The translations under genes were made by a program, and so were the position numbers. From NCBI GenBank assembly GCA_029976065.1, contig JARKNV010000063.1, positions 6,600 through 70,599 of the forward strand: a DNA stretch of 64,000 nt. Reading direction: 5' to 3'. Each line of letters opens with the position of its first letter. Within the stretch, counting starts at the first letter, position 1. The notes under the pieces are model-generated. The model saw only the letters and a list, made by a program, of their open reading frames with translations. It was not told where the DNA came from and did no database searches. Shown here one piece after another: positions 1-10,365 of this stretch. This stretch comes from Selenomonadales bacterium (GTDB taxonomy: Bacteria > Bacillota > Negativicutes > Sporomusales > UBA7701).

Positions 1-233
1 CCCTGATGATAGAATACGTCGCCCAATAGGGGTTTGCCTGTTTCAACGACCAGGGGCAGTTTGCTGGTCGGCACGACTTCCTTGACGGGACGCCCGATGA
101 TAGCCTCAGGGTCCCAGCCTAAAGACCGCGCGTACTTCTCTTCCATAAAAACGATGCGGGACAAATGATCGACAACGACCAGCCCCCACATATGCGCGAA
201 TACTTGTTTCATTATCTCACTATGCTTTGCCAA
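1..233 (-). CDS. 5' part of a PAS-domain protein, probably a sigma-54-dependent activator (runs off the window edge)
   Basis: TTG start at 233 with AGGAGG 8 nt upstream; open frame LAKHSEIMKQVFAHMWGLVVVDHLSRIVFMEEKYARSLGWDPEAIIGRPVKEVVPTSKLPLVVETGKP resembles N-terminal PAS domains of Firmicutes enhancer-binding proteins. Confidence 0.7.
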   Translation of the reverse strand, partial: MAKHSEIMKQVFAHMWGLVVVDHLSRIVFMEEKYARSLGWDPEAIIGRPVKEVVPTSKLPLVVETGKPLLGDVFYHQ

Positions 234-383
234 CCATAACCCCTCCTGTCTACGCCGAGGTCGGAATTTGCCAAACGCTGATATGAGTCAATATGTAATG
301 GTTAATTCCACGCGGAATGAAAAATCCTTCTTGTTTATATTTAACTTCAGGTATTATTGTCGGAAGATTAGGGCTTTAATGGC

Positions 384-410
384 AAAACCCCGCGCAATGC
401 GGGGTTTTTT
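384..410 (+). terminator. Intrinsic terminator-like hairpin between divergent genes
   Basis: AAAACCCCGC-gcaat-GCGGGGTTTTTT. Confidence 0.65.
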
Positions 411-477
411 CTCCGGCTGGCGGAGGATTTCGCGGCCGGGTGTTTAAATGGGATGGTAACAATTAATACCGAGGTGT

Positions 478-675
478 TTGGCGATGGATTATGCTAACGG
501 CGACAGGATCATCGTGACGGCGGGCGGCGCGCGGCTGACGTGGACGGTCCACGCGGTCAACAGCCGGGTGGTGAAGTATATCGACGAGCAGGGCCGCTAC
601 GGACAGATGCCGGTTAGTCACCTGGAGGAGCTGCTGGCGAACGGCCAGGCGAAGCTGACGCGCGGCGGCGAGTAG
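478..675 (+). CDS. Small hypothetical protein (65 aa)
   Basis: GAGGTG upstream, GC-rich third codon positions, followed by a hairpin terminator. Confidence 0.65.
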   Translation: MAMDYANGDRIIVTAGGARLTWTVHAVNSRVVKYIDEQGRYGQMPVSHLEELLANGQAKLTRGGE

Positions 676-690
676 GCACGGGGCGAAAAC

Positions 691-713
691 AAAGCAGGCG
701 CGCGCCTGCTTTT
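691..713. terminator. Bidirectional terminator between convergent genes
   Basis: Palindrome AAAGCAGGCGCGCGCCTGCTTT. Confidence 0.7.
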
Positions 714-727
714 CGTAAGCCTTCCGC

Positions 728-1294
728 TTAGATGCCTTTGTCCTTCGGGGTGCTGACGACGAAGACCTTGACGTCTTTCATGCCGAACTTCTCCGCTTCG
801 GGAACGGACCATTTGGCGATATCGATGCGGTTGCCCTTGATGGCCCCGCCGGTGTCTTCGGCGGTGGCGTATTCGCCGTGGCCGTCCGGATACTGGATGA
901 AAACTTTCGAGCCGAGAGGAATGACTTTGGGGTCGACGGCGATGACGCCTGGCCGGATCTGAGTGCCCAGGTGGGTTTTGTTGCCCCACTGGTCGTTGTC
1001 GTGCGGGCCGGGAGCGTAAGCGGTGGCGACCATCGTGAGTTCCTTTTGGTAGTTTTCCGGCTTTTCGCCGCGCATCGACTTGGCCTGGTCGGGGGTTTTG
1101 AGTTCGGCGGCCGGAGCACTGGGTTTGGGGTCGTTGGTCGGCGGCGCGGCGGCGTGGGCCACGGCCGGCGGGAGGCCCGGCAGCCCTGCGGCGGACAGTA
1201 CGAAGGCTCCGGCCACGGCGGCGGCGAGGCGCCGGTATTTATTCTTCAGGCTGCGGTGACGGTAACCTTTGTGTCTACCGGCGTGATTTTTCAC
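728..1294 (-). CDS. Exported 3D-domain (Sps/MltA-like) cell-wall protein
   Basis: GTG start at 1294 after AAGGAGG; signal-like segment; ATAY...GVIAVDPKVIPLGS...AEDTGGAIKGNRIDI is the 3D signature. Confidence 0.9.
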   Translation of the reverse strand: MKNHAGRHKGYRHRSLKNKYRRLAAAVAGAFVLSAAGLPGLPPAVAHAAAPPTNDPKPSAPAAELKTPDQAKSMRGEKPENYQKELTMVATAYAPGPHDNDQWGNKTHLGTQIRPGVIAVDPKVIPLGSKVFIQYPDGHGEYATAEDTGGAIKGNRIDIAKWSVPEAEKFGMKDVKVFVVSTPKDKGI

Positions 1295-1499
1295 GGCGAA
1301 TGCCTCCTTTGGAAAGTCGTTATACATAGTGTCTGTAAAAAAGGAGGCGAAATGCGCGGCATTTTTTGGACGGCAGCCGTCAGCATTATTTTCGGTCGCC
1401 AAATGGAAAGGATTTCCGCGAAATTTGTCGAAGAACAAAACATTTAAATATTATGATATTTCCATGCTGTCACGACTACTTCTAAGGAGTTGAACGCTC

Positions 1500-3215
1500 T
1501 TGCAATTCTTCAGGAATCTTTCGATCGCCAGCAAGTTGTCTGTGCTCGTGTTCATCGCCGCTTTTTTCGTGGCGGCGATCGCCGTCACCGGCTATTATTT
1601 CCTCGCCAAGACCGACAGTGTCATGCAGGACTTGAACAAGAACGAGCTGCGGACGGTGAAGCTGATCGACGAGGCGCAGATCGAACTCAAGTCCGCCCAG
1701 GCGTTCGTACTGGAATATCTGCTGATCAAAGACGCCGACCGACGGAAAACCTTGCTGGTCGACATGAAAGAACGCGGCGAGAAGGTCGACCTTTACCTGC
1801 TGGAACTGGACAAGACCAACCTCAGCGAAGACCAGCGCCGCAACCTGGAGCTGCTCAAAACTATGCTGAAGAGCTACCGCAACAACCGCGACCAGGTGCT
1901 GAAGCTGGTGGCCGAGGCCAAGGTGAACGAGGCGATCCTCATTTATACTTACCAATCCATCCCCGTTCTTGACGGCATCAACAAACAATTGGGCTTCATC
2001 GCCCAGGAGTTCAACGATAACGCCAACGCCGCATTGGAGCAAAGTTCCCGGGGCGTGACGGTGGCCAGTATGACGCTGACCGCCATCGGGCTGGCAGCGC
2101 TGCTGACCGTTATCGTCCTCGGCCTGACCATCGCCCGTATGATCTCCCGGCCGCTCAAACAGATGGCTGCCGCCGTGACCGAGGTGGCCGCCGGCAACCT
2201 GACGGGCAGGACGATTGCCGCCGATTCCCGCGACGAGGCCGGCCAGGTGGCCAGCTCCCTGAATACGATGACCGGCAACCTGCGCAGCCTGATAAGACAG
2301 GTGGCCGATTCGGCCGAGCAACTGGCCGCGGCGAGCGAACAGCTCAATGCCAGCGCCGACCAGGCGGCGGTGACTGCTACCCAGGTAGCCCAGTCGATTA
2401 CCGGCGTGGCCCAGGGGTCGGCGACCCAACTGCGGGCGGTGGAGGAAAGCGCGGCAGCCGTCACGCAGATGTCGGCAACCGTCGAGCAGGTGACCGCCAA
2501 CGCCGGAATTGTGGCCGCCACTTCGGCGCAGGCCGCCGAAGCCGCCAACCGGGGCACGGAGCAGATATCCTCGGCGGTCAAGCAGATCGCCAACATCGAG
2601 AAGACGGTCGCCGATTCGGCCGAGATCGTGCTGACTCTGGGAGAACGGTCCAAGGAGATCGGCCAGATAGTTGACACTATTTCCGGTATCGCCGGCCAGA
2701 CGAATCTCCTCGCCCTCAACGCCGCCATCGAATCGGCGCGGGCCGGAGAGGCCGGCCGCGGCTTTGCGGTGGTGGCCGAGGAGGTGCGCAAGCTCGCCGA
2801 ACAGTCGCAGGATGCCTCCAAGCAGATCGGCGAAATTATCGGCGCCATCCAGGCGGACACCGACAGGGCGGTCGCGGCGATGAACCAGGGTACGCATGAG
2901 GTCAAGGTCGGCAGTGGAGTTGTAAACAACGCCGGGCAGGCGTTCGAGCAGATCCTCACCCTCGTAAACCAGGTTTCCGGCCAGGCGAAGGATATGGCGC
3001 AGGCCATCGGGCAGATGGCGGCCGGCAGCCAGCAGATCGTAACGGCGATGAAGGCCATCGACGATGTGAGCAAGGAAACGGCCGCCGAAACGCAGTCGGT
3101 GTCGGCGTCCACCGAGGAGCAATCGGCGACGATGGAGCAGATCGCCGCCTCCAGCCAGAGCTTGGCCCGGCTTGCCCAGGATTTGCAGGCCGCACTGCGC
3201 AGGTTCAGGATTTAG
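1500..3215 (+). CDS. Methyl-accepting chemotaxis protein (4HB sensor, HAMP, signalling domain)
   Basis: Two TM helices; [38 protein letters not shown]. Confidence 0.97.
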   Translation: MQFFRNLSIASKLSVLVFIAAFFVAAIAVTGYYFLAKTDSVMQDLNKNELRTVKLIDEAQIELKSAQAFVLEYLLIKDADRRKTLLVDMKERGEKVDLYLLELDKTNLSEDQRRNLELLKTMLKSYRNNRDQVLKLVAEAKVNEAILIYTYQSIPVLDGINKQLGFIAQEFNDNANAALEQSSRGVTVASMTLTAIGLAALLTVIVLGLTIARMISRPLKQMAAAVTEVAAGNLTGRTIAADSRDEAGQVASSLNTMTGNLRSLIRQVADSAEQLAAASEQLNASADQAAVTATQVAQSITGVAQGSATQLRAVEESAAAVTQMSATVEQVTANAGIVAATSAQAAEAANRGTEQISSAVKQIANIEKTVADSAEIVLTLGERSKEIGQIVDTISGIAGQTNLLALNAAIESARAGEAGRGFAVVAEEVRKLAEQSQDASKQIGEIIGAIQADTDRAVAAMNQGTHEVKVGSGVVNNAGQAFEQILTLVNQVSGQAKDMAQAIGQMAAGSQQIVTAMKAIDDVSKETAAETQSVSASTEEQSATMEQIAASSQSLARLAQDLQAALRRFRI

Positions 3216-3336
3216 GATGATATTGAGAAACTTGGGAGTCGCCGGGCGGCTCCCTTTGTTTGCCATCGTGGCGGCTGAAATTGCCACTTATCACGGCGCT
3301 ACGCGGCGGGCAAAATATCGCCGAGGAGGTGAGCGT

Positions 3337-3468
3337 ATGGCCGATTTCCGCAAATCCGGCTGCTGCGATTGCAGCACCAGCAAAGGCTGCTCCGAGGCTT
3401 TCTCCGACTTCGCCGCCGAATTGTGCCCTTCGTCGCCGTCGAAAAAGAGCAAGGACAAATCGAAATAA
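3337..3468 (+). CDS. Small Cys-rich protein (43 aa)
   Basis: GAGGAGGTG RBS, ATG at 3337, MADFRKSGCCDCSTSKGCSEAFSDFAAELCPSSPSKKSKDKSK, hairpin downstream. Confidence 0.7.
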   Translation: MADFRKSGCCDCSTSKGCSEAFSDFAAELCPSSPSKKSKDKSK

Positions 3469-3544
3469 TTTCTCCGTAGCGCGGCCGCGGTCCTGACCGC
3501 GGCCTGCGGTTTTCCCGGCGGACGGGATTTTTTGCCGGCCGGCA

Positions 3545-3573
3545 TTTACAAGCCGGCGTGGGCGTAGTATAAT
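3545..3573 (+). promoter_or_regulatory. SigA-type promoter of bioB
   Basis: TTTACA-N17-TATAAT. Confidence 0.75.
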
Positions 3574-3578
3574 GAATT

Positions 3579-3656
3579 CGGTTAACCTCATACTGTTTGC
3601 TGGTTAACATTTATTGCGCGGATATTGTCAACCATATTTAAAAGTTTCGTTAACAA
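3579..3656. promoter_or_regulatory. Two tandem BirA (biotin repressor) operators
   Basis: GGTTAACC-N14-GGTTAACA (3580-3609) and TTGTCAACC-N14-CGTTAACAA (3625-3656) fit the TTGTNAACC-N14/16-GGTTNACAA consensus, directly upstream of bioB. Confidence 0.8.
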
Positions 3657-3669
3657 GGAGACGACGATC

Positions 3670-4668
3670 ATGGGTTTCGAGTTGATTACCGACCTGGGTG
3701 CGAAGGTGTTGGCGGGCGAAAGCATCGGTTTCGCGGAGGCGCTGGCCCTCACGGAGATCGATCGGGCCGACGTGCCCCTGCTGATGGCGGTGGCCAACAA
3801 GGTCCGGGCCGAGTTCTGCGGCGACGCCGTCGATACGTGCGAGATCGTCAATGCCCGCTCCGGCAACTGCCCGGAGGATTGCAAATACTGCGCCCAGTCG
3901 GTCCACAGCCGGGCGGCGATCGCTACATATCCCCTGCTGGACGAAGAGGCGCTTTTGGCGGCGGCGAAAACGGCCGAGGCCGACGGGGCGCGGCGCTTTT
4001 CGATCGTGACTGCGGGGGCGGGCATGCTGGGCAGCGACGATTTCCCGCGCGTGCTGGCGGCGATCGAACGCATCCGGCGGGAGACGGGGGTTATCCCCTG
4101 CTGCTCGCTGGGGGTGCTGGACGAGGAGCATTTCGCCGCGCTGAAGGCGGCCGGCGTTACCCGTTACCATCACAATCTGGAGACGGCGGAAAGCTATTAC
4201 CCGGAAATCTGCACGACTCATTCGTGGCAGGGACGGGTGGATACGGTGAAGCGGGCCAAGGCGGCCGGCCTGGAGGTTTGCTCGGGCGGCATCATCGCCA
4301 TGGGCGAGAGCTGGCAGCAGCGCGTGGAGCTGGCCTTTACCCTCCGGGAGCTGGACGTCGATTCGGTGCCTGTCAATATCCTGACCCCCATAGCGGGCAC
4401 GGCGCTGGCGGACCAGCCGCCGCTGGCGCCGCTGGAGATCTTCCAGACGCTGGCTCTCTTCCGTCTGATAATGCCGACCAAGGCGATCCGCTACGCCGGC
4501 GGCCGGGAGCAGGCGCTCGGCGACCTTGCGCCGCTCGGGCTTATGGCCGGTGTCAATGCGATGCTGATCGGCAATTACCTCACGACCGCCGGCCGCGGTG
4601 CCGCCCACGATATCGCCGCCGCCCGGGGCCTCGGCCTGCGGCCCCTGTCGGCCCGGGACGACGCCTGA
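3670..4668 (+). CDS. bioB: Biotin synthase (radical SAM)
   Basis: SGNCPEDCKYCAQS, YHHNLET, CSGGI, DSVPVN, GNYLTT; ATG at 3670 after AAGGAG. Confidence 0.97.
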   Translation: MGFELITDLGAKVLAGESIGFAEALALTEIDRADVPLLMAVANKVRAEFCGDAVDTCEIVNARSGNCPEDCKYCAQSVHSRAAIATYPLLDEEALLAAAKTAEADGARRFSIVTAGAGMLGSDDFPRVLAAIERIRRETGVIPCCSLGVLDEEHFAALKAAGVTRYHHNLETAESYYPEICTTHSWQGRVDTVKRAKAAGLEVCSGGIIAMGESWQQRVELAFTLRELDVDSVPVNILTPIAGTALADQPPLAPLEIFQTLALFRLIMPTKAIRYAGGREQALGDLAPLGLMAGVNAMLIGNYLTTAGRGAAHDIAAARGLGLRPLSARDDA

Positions 4669-4724
4669 CAAAGCCTCCGTTTCGCGGCATCCGCCGGTCT
4701 TCCACGGCGGGCCGTGAGTTCAAC

Positions 4725-4756
4725 AAACCCGCCGTATGCACGGCGGGTTTTCTTTC
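4725..4756 (+). terminator. bioB terminator
   Basis: AAACCCGCCGT-atgc-ACGGCGGGTTTTCTTT. Confidence 0.8.
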
Positions 4757-4834
4757 GGTTGCCTGATAAAAGGATTTGGCTGGGACGGCGGGAAAACTTA
4801 TAAACAGGATTTTCAGCTGGGAGGCGTAGAGAAT

Positions 4835-5071
4835 ATGACGGAAGCGGACGGCCGTGTCCTTCCCGGGGTGTACCGCCATTACAAGGGCAACCTGTACCGG
4901 GTGGTCGGCGAGGCGACCCACAGCGAGACGCTGGAGCAGTTGGTGGTATACCAGGCGCTGTACGGCGAGCGCGGCCTGTGGGTGAGGCCGCGGGCGATGT
5001 TCCTGGAGACGGTGGCGGCCGGCGGCGGGCGGCAGCCGCGCTTTGCTTATGTCGGGGCGGACGGGCCCTGA
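4835..5071 (+). CDS. DUF1653 family protein
   Basis: GVYRHYKGNLYRV...HSETLEQLVVYQALYG...LWVRP..MF; GGAGG RBS. Confidence 0.92.
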   Translation: MTEADGRVLPGVYRHYKGNLYRVVGEATHSETLEQLVVYQALYGERGLWVRPRAMFLETVAAGGGRQPRFAYVGADGP

Positions 5072-5817
5072 CGAGTTTTGGCCGCCTTGTTGGTCGCGAT
5101 CCGCTTGCGGCGGTCGAGGCCGTGTTCCTTGGTGAGGTACCTGGCGAGGCCGTCGATATCGGGAAAGACGCTGTATTCGTTCAGGCCGGCGAGGTGCAGG
5201 AAAGCGCGGGCTTCGGCGAGAGCGGCGGACGGCAGGGGTATTTTGGTGACGCAGTCGGGGCAGATTTCCTCGATGGGCTTTTCGATGGCGCCGTGGATGG
5301 TGAAGTGGCCTTTCTGGGCGAAGATGCGGGAATTCTGCATGGTGGGGAAGATGGCCAGCGGGTGCTGGGGCTTCTTGCCGAGGTAGCGCACCGTTTCGTG
5401 CTCGTGGTCGTAGTCGACGGCGTCGGACTGCACTAGGAGGCCGTGGCCGGTGGCCTTGTGATTGAGGTTGTCGGGCTCGAGCACCCAGATGCAGGGTTCG
5501 TCGGGTTTGCCGCTGACGGCGAAGTAGAGGGCGACGGCGAAGGTGGTCGTCCAGTCGAGCAGGCGGGTGGGGATGCCGGCGTGGCGCATTTCGAAGAGGG
5601 TTTCGATCGGTTTTAACGATTGAGTGTTGACGAGCGGTTTGGCGAAAGCGAAGAAGTCGAAGAAGACGTTGCATTCGGTGAAGCGTTTGCGCCGGACGCG
5701 GAACAGGCTGGGCAGCAAGGTGTGGCAGGCGCTGGGGCAGCCGCGGTAGAAGGGATACGGCACCCCTTTGGTGGCCGTCTGCACGGCCTGGAGGAATTCT
5801 TGCCACGCGTCGCTCAT
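5047..5817 (-). CDS. FRG-domain protein
   Basis: FYRG, LLPSLFR, MRHAGIPTRLLDWT...VALYFA, NSRIFAQKGHFTI, SVFPDIDGLA. Confidence 0.92.
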   Translation of the reverse strand: MSDAWQEFLQAVQTATKGVPYPFYRGCPSACHTLLPSLFRVRRKRFTECNVFFDFFAFAKPLVNTQSLKPIETLFEMRHAGIPTRLLDWTTTFAVALYFAVSGKPDEPCIWVLEPDNLNHKATGHGLLVQSDAVDYDHEHETVRYLGKKPQHPLAIFPTMQNSRIFAQKGHFTIHGAIEKPIEEICPDCVTKIPLPSAALAEARAFLHLAGLNEYSVFPDIDGLARYLTKEHGLDRRKRIATNKAAKTRQGPSAPT

Positions 5818-5930
5818 GTGCTCATCTCCTCGGGAGATATTGTTTCCCGATTTCGCCGCAATAGCAATATTTTCCTTTATAGCCCCTCTCCCCTCCTCTC
5901 CTCCCCCGCCTGTTCTTCTTTGGTTTGCCG

Positions 5931-6108
5931 CGGCCGTTCAGAAAGCCCCAGATGCAAGGCGCACCGGAGGCTGACACCGGAAGCGTACACGTACGTACGC
6001 TGAGGATGGCAGCCGAGGAGCAAGTGCGCCGTTCTTGGTGCTTCAGCACCTTAGAACGGCGGCCTGCCCCTTGCGGGTACGCCGCAGATGGGCGCTTCTC
6101 ACCGGCCG
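5931..6108. mobile_element. MITE-like non-autonomous element (~180 bp)
   Basis: Imperfect terminal inverted repeats (CGGCCGttcAGAAaGCCC vs reverse complement CGGCCGgtgAGAAgcGCCC), internal palindromes (GCGTAC..GTACGC; CCGTTCT..AGAACGG), no credible ORF, abuts a terminator. Confidence 0.6.
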
Positions 6109-6110
6109 AC

Positions 6111-6143
6111 AAAAAAATCCCCCGCCGGTTGGCGGGGGATTTT
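6111..6143 (-). terminator. Terminator of the metX-metY operon
   Basis: AAAATCCCCCGCC-N4-GGCGGGGGATTTT; A-run at 6111-6117 gives the U-tract on the minus strand. Confidence 0.85.
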
Positions 6144-6144
6144 G

Positions 6145-7446
<1,302 letters not shown>

Positions 7447-7470
7447 CTATACAGTGCTTTGCCGCGATTG

Positions 7471-8676
7471 TCAGGGGTAGTTCGCGGCGACGAGGCGGGC
7501 GCCGGAATAGGCGAGGCGCGGGGCGCGGAAGATGGACGCCAGCCAGGGCAGCCGCGCCGGCAGGACGGTGCCGATGAATTCGTTGAGGATGGGTTTGAGG
7601 AGGTCGAAGTCGATGAGGAAGCCGTCGTGGCCGTGGGGGCTGTCGACTTCGGCGTATTCGGCCGCGACGCCGAGGCTTTTGAGGATGCTGACGAGTTCGG
7701 TCTGCTGGTAGGCGGGATAGAGGATGTCGGAGGTGACGCCGGCGACCAGCACCCTGGCTTCGATGCGGGCCAGGGCAGCGCGGTAGGAGGCGTAACCCGT
7801 CCCGAGGTCGTGGAGGTCGAGGGCCCGGAGCAGGCAGAGATAGGAGTTGGCGTCGAAGCGCTGCACGAGGCATTGGCCCTGATAGTCGAGGTAGTTCTCG
7901 ACCTCGAACTGGCCGTTGCGGGTCTTGCGGGCGAATTTGGCGGCCATGGAGGGCTCGCTCTGGTAGGTTATCATGCCGACGGCGCGGGCAAGGGCCAGGC
8001 CGTTGACGGGGCCGGGACCGCCGTAGTAGTCGCCGCCTTGCCAGCCGGGGTCGAGCATCACCGACTGGCGGCCGACGCGGTTATAGGCGATGGCCTGGGC
8101 GGAGGCGTAGCCGGGGGCGGCGAGGGCGGCGACGGCGGCGGCGAAGCCGGGGTAGGTGACGGCCCATTCGAGCGCCTGGGCGCCGCCCATCGAGCCGCCG
8201 ATGACGAGGGCGAGGTGATTGATGCCCAGGGCTTCGAGGAGCAATTTCTCGACGTGAACCATGTCGCGGATGGTTACTTCGGGGAAGGAGGCGCCGTAGG
8301 GGCGGCCGGTGGCCGGGTCGGGCGAGGCGGGGCCGGTGGTGCCCTGGCAGCCGCCGAGGACATTGGCGCAGACGACGAAGAAACGGTCGGTGTCGATGGG
8401 TCGGCCGGGGCCGACGAGGAGGTCCCACCAGCCTTCCTCGTCGTTGCCGTTATGGGCGGCGCAATGGCTGTCGCCGGTGAGGGCATGGCAGACGAGGATG
8501 ACGTTGTCCTTCGCGGGGGCGAGGGCGCCGTAGGTTTCGTAGGCGACCGTGACTTCGGACAGGCTGCCGCCGCGCAGGAGTGCCAGCGGCCGGTCGGGCG
8601 CGGTCACGGTGATGAATTTCATGTAGGGGCGGTGTTGCACGCCGGGGAAAAAGGTCCGCGGGTAGTCTGTGTTCAT
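7471..8676 (-). CDS. metX: Homoserine O-acetyltransferase
   Basis: CHALTGD, GGSMGG nucleophile elbow, RFDANSY, HGHDGFL. Confidence 0.95.
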   Translation of the reverse strand: MNTDYPRTFFPGVQHRPYMKFITVTAPDRPLALLRGGSLSEVTVAYETYGALAPAKDNVILVCHALTGDSHCAAHNGNDEEGWWDLLVGPGRPIDTDRFFVVCANVLGGCQGTTGPASPDPATGRPYGASFPEVTIRDMVHVEKLLLEALGINHLALVIGGSMGGAQALEWAVTYPGFAAAVAALAAPGYASAQAIAYNRVGRQSVMLDPGWQGGDYYGGPGPVNGLALARAVGMITYQSEPSMAAKFARKTRNGQFEVENYLDYQGQCLVQRFDANSYLCLLRALDLHDLGTGYASYRAALARIEARVLVAGVTSDILYPAYQQTELVSILKSLGVAAEYAEVDSPHGHDGFLIDFDLLKPILNEFIGTVLPARLPWLASIFRAPRLAYSGARLVAANYP

Positions 8677-8721
8677 CTTGAGGCCTCCGATGCTGCAAAA
8701 AGTGGGCGATGAGGGGAAAAC

Positions 8722-8750
8722 AAAAAACTCCCTTCGCGAGGAAAGGAGTT
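8722..8750 (-). terminator. Terminator of the SAM riboswitch expression platform
   Basis: Minus strand AACTCCTTTC-ctcgc-GAAGGGAGTTTTTT. Confidence 0.8.
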
Positions 8751-8772
8751 AGACGGCCGAAGCGCAACCTTC

Positions 8773-8878
8773 CCTCTCATCTGCCAGGCAATGTGCCTGC
8801 TGGAATTGGCACCTTGCGCCGCAGCGCCGGTTGCCGTGGTGTCATCGGGCCAGTCCCTCGACCACTCTCGATAAGAGT
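8773..8878 (-). ncRNA. SAM-I (S-box) riboswitch
   Basis: Minus strand CTCTTATCgAGAGTGGtcGAGGGACTGGCCCGATGAcaCCaCGGCAACC...GGTGCCAATTCC...AGATGAGAG upstream of metX; TTGACA-N18-TATCAT promoter at 8928-8899. Confidence 0.96.
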
Positions 8879-8940
8879 AAGAGTATTAAATTGCCCTTAT
8901 GATATCACGCGACCAAAGAGACTGTCAATACCTCCGCCGC

Positions 8941-10365
8941 TTATTTTTGATACTCGCGCCAGACAGTGGCGAACCGTTTGATGCCGATCTCGAAATGGCC
9001 CTGGGCCGAGTATACCCTCCGGAGACGGTTTTCGCGGCTGGCGCCGCCCGCAAATTCGCTCAGCACCTGGAGGATCTGGAAGGACATTTCGCTGAGGCCG
9101 GCTACATCCTTGGAGCGGTGGATGACTTCGCCGAGGTTGACCTGGCAGGTGGACCACAGGCCGAAGCCGGCGACCGCCTGGATGAGCATGGCGACTTCGA
9201 CGCCGTAGTTGGCGGGGATGCGCATTTTCAGCATGTCCTCGCGGCAGATGGCGACCGTGCCGGCGAGCGGCTGGATGTAGCCGGACAGCGGCGGCATATA
9301 GGTGTTGAACCACGGACGGGCGAGGATTTCCGTGACGCGGCCGCCGCCGAGTTCGAGGCCGGATGCCTCGACCCGCACCGGCCGCGTGAAATAGCCTTTG
9401 ACGAAGCGGATGTCGGGGTTTGTGAGGATGGGGCCGAGCAGCCCGTAGAAGAAGCGCGGGGTGATGTTTTCAATGTCGGTGTCGACCCAGGCGAGGATGT
9501 CGGCGTCGGTGACGAAGGCGCTTTTGAACATCGCCTCGCCTTTGCCGCGGTGGCTGCCGAGCTCGGGGGCGATTTCGGGGTGGAGGAAGACGGGGATGCC
9601 GTAGGATTTGGCGATCGCCACGGTGTTGTCGGTGGAGGCGGAGTCGATGAGGATGACTTCGTCGGCCAGCCCGGCGGTTTTGACCTCGAGGGCGGTTTCG
9701 ATCACCTGGCCGACGGTGCGCTCTTCGTTGAGGCTGGGCAGGATAATCGCCACCTTTTGGTCCCGGCTGCGCTTGCCGCCGCGCATCAGGGCCGGGATGG
9801 AGAAGTCGCCCGCTTCGAAGGTGCGCTCGCGCACCCAGCGGTAGATTTCGTCGCTGGCGGCGAATTCGAGGTCGCGCACGGGGCCGCGGACGATGGTCAC
9901 GCTCCCCTGATAGACTTCTTTGATGGCGTTGTAGAAGGGCGCGATCTCGGAATCGGCCAGGGGCGCGCCGAAGCACAGCATGCTGAAGTCGCCGCCGACG
10001 GCCTTGATGAGGTCGAACACCGTGGCCTCGCGGCGCCAGTTGATGCTGACGCTGTCGAACATGTCGTGGGCGCGGGCGACGACTGAGGAGAGGAAAATAT
10101 CCTCAAGCTGCGGCAGCTTCTCTTCAAGATGCAGGACTTTGAGCTGGGTGACGCCGGCGCAGTCGAGCACGTCGAGGACGGCGCCGGCGTTGATGCCGCC
10201 GCGCAGCACGGCCGCCACCTGGCCCGGCACCCAGCCGTCGGTCAGGACGACGATGTCGTCGCGGTCGTCGTAGAGGCTGCCCCGGTCGGCAAAGCCGCGG
10301 ACGACAATCCGGCGGTCAACGTCCGCGGTCCGGCTCTCCGGCCAGAAAGACGTTCCTTTATTCAT
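8941..10365 (-). CDS. gpgS: Glucosyl-3-phosphoglycerate synthase (GT-A) with ~170-aa N-terminal extension
   Basis: ILPSLNEERTVG, IDSASTDNT, GKGEAMFKS, WVDTDI, VKGYFTRP, GGGRVTEILARP, QPLAG, YGVEVAML. Confidence 0.88.
   Translation of the reverse strand: MNKGTSFWPESRTADVDRRIVVRGFADRGSLYDDRDDIVVLTDGWVPGQVAAVLRGGINAGAVLDVLDCAGVTQLKVLHLEEKLPQLEDIFLSSVVARAHDMFDSVSINWRREATVFDLIKAVGGDFSMLCFGAPLADSEIAPFYNAIKEVYQGSVTIVRGPVRDLEFAASDEIYRWVRERTFEAGDFSIPALMRGGKRSRDQKVAIILPSLNEERTVGQVIETALEVKTAGLADEVILIDSASTDNTVAIAKSYGIPVFLHPEIAPELGSHRGKGEAMFKSAFVTDADILAWVDTDIENITPRFFYGLLGPILTNPDIRFVKGYFTRPVRVEASGLELGGGRVTEILARPWFNTYMPPLSGYIQPLAGTVAICREDMLKMRIPANYGVEVAMLIQAVAGFGLWSTCQVNLGEVIHRSKDVAGLSEMSFQILQVLSEFAGGASRENRLRRVYSAQGHFEIGIKRFATVWREYQK

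Noticed and set aside
1408-1433. SigH-like AGGA-N17-GAA promoters (before the MCP; similar near 305-328 and 33412-33436)
   Set aside because: Short degenerate matches with variable spacing; cannot be supported without TSS data.
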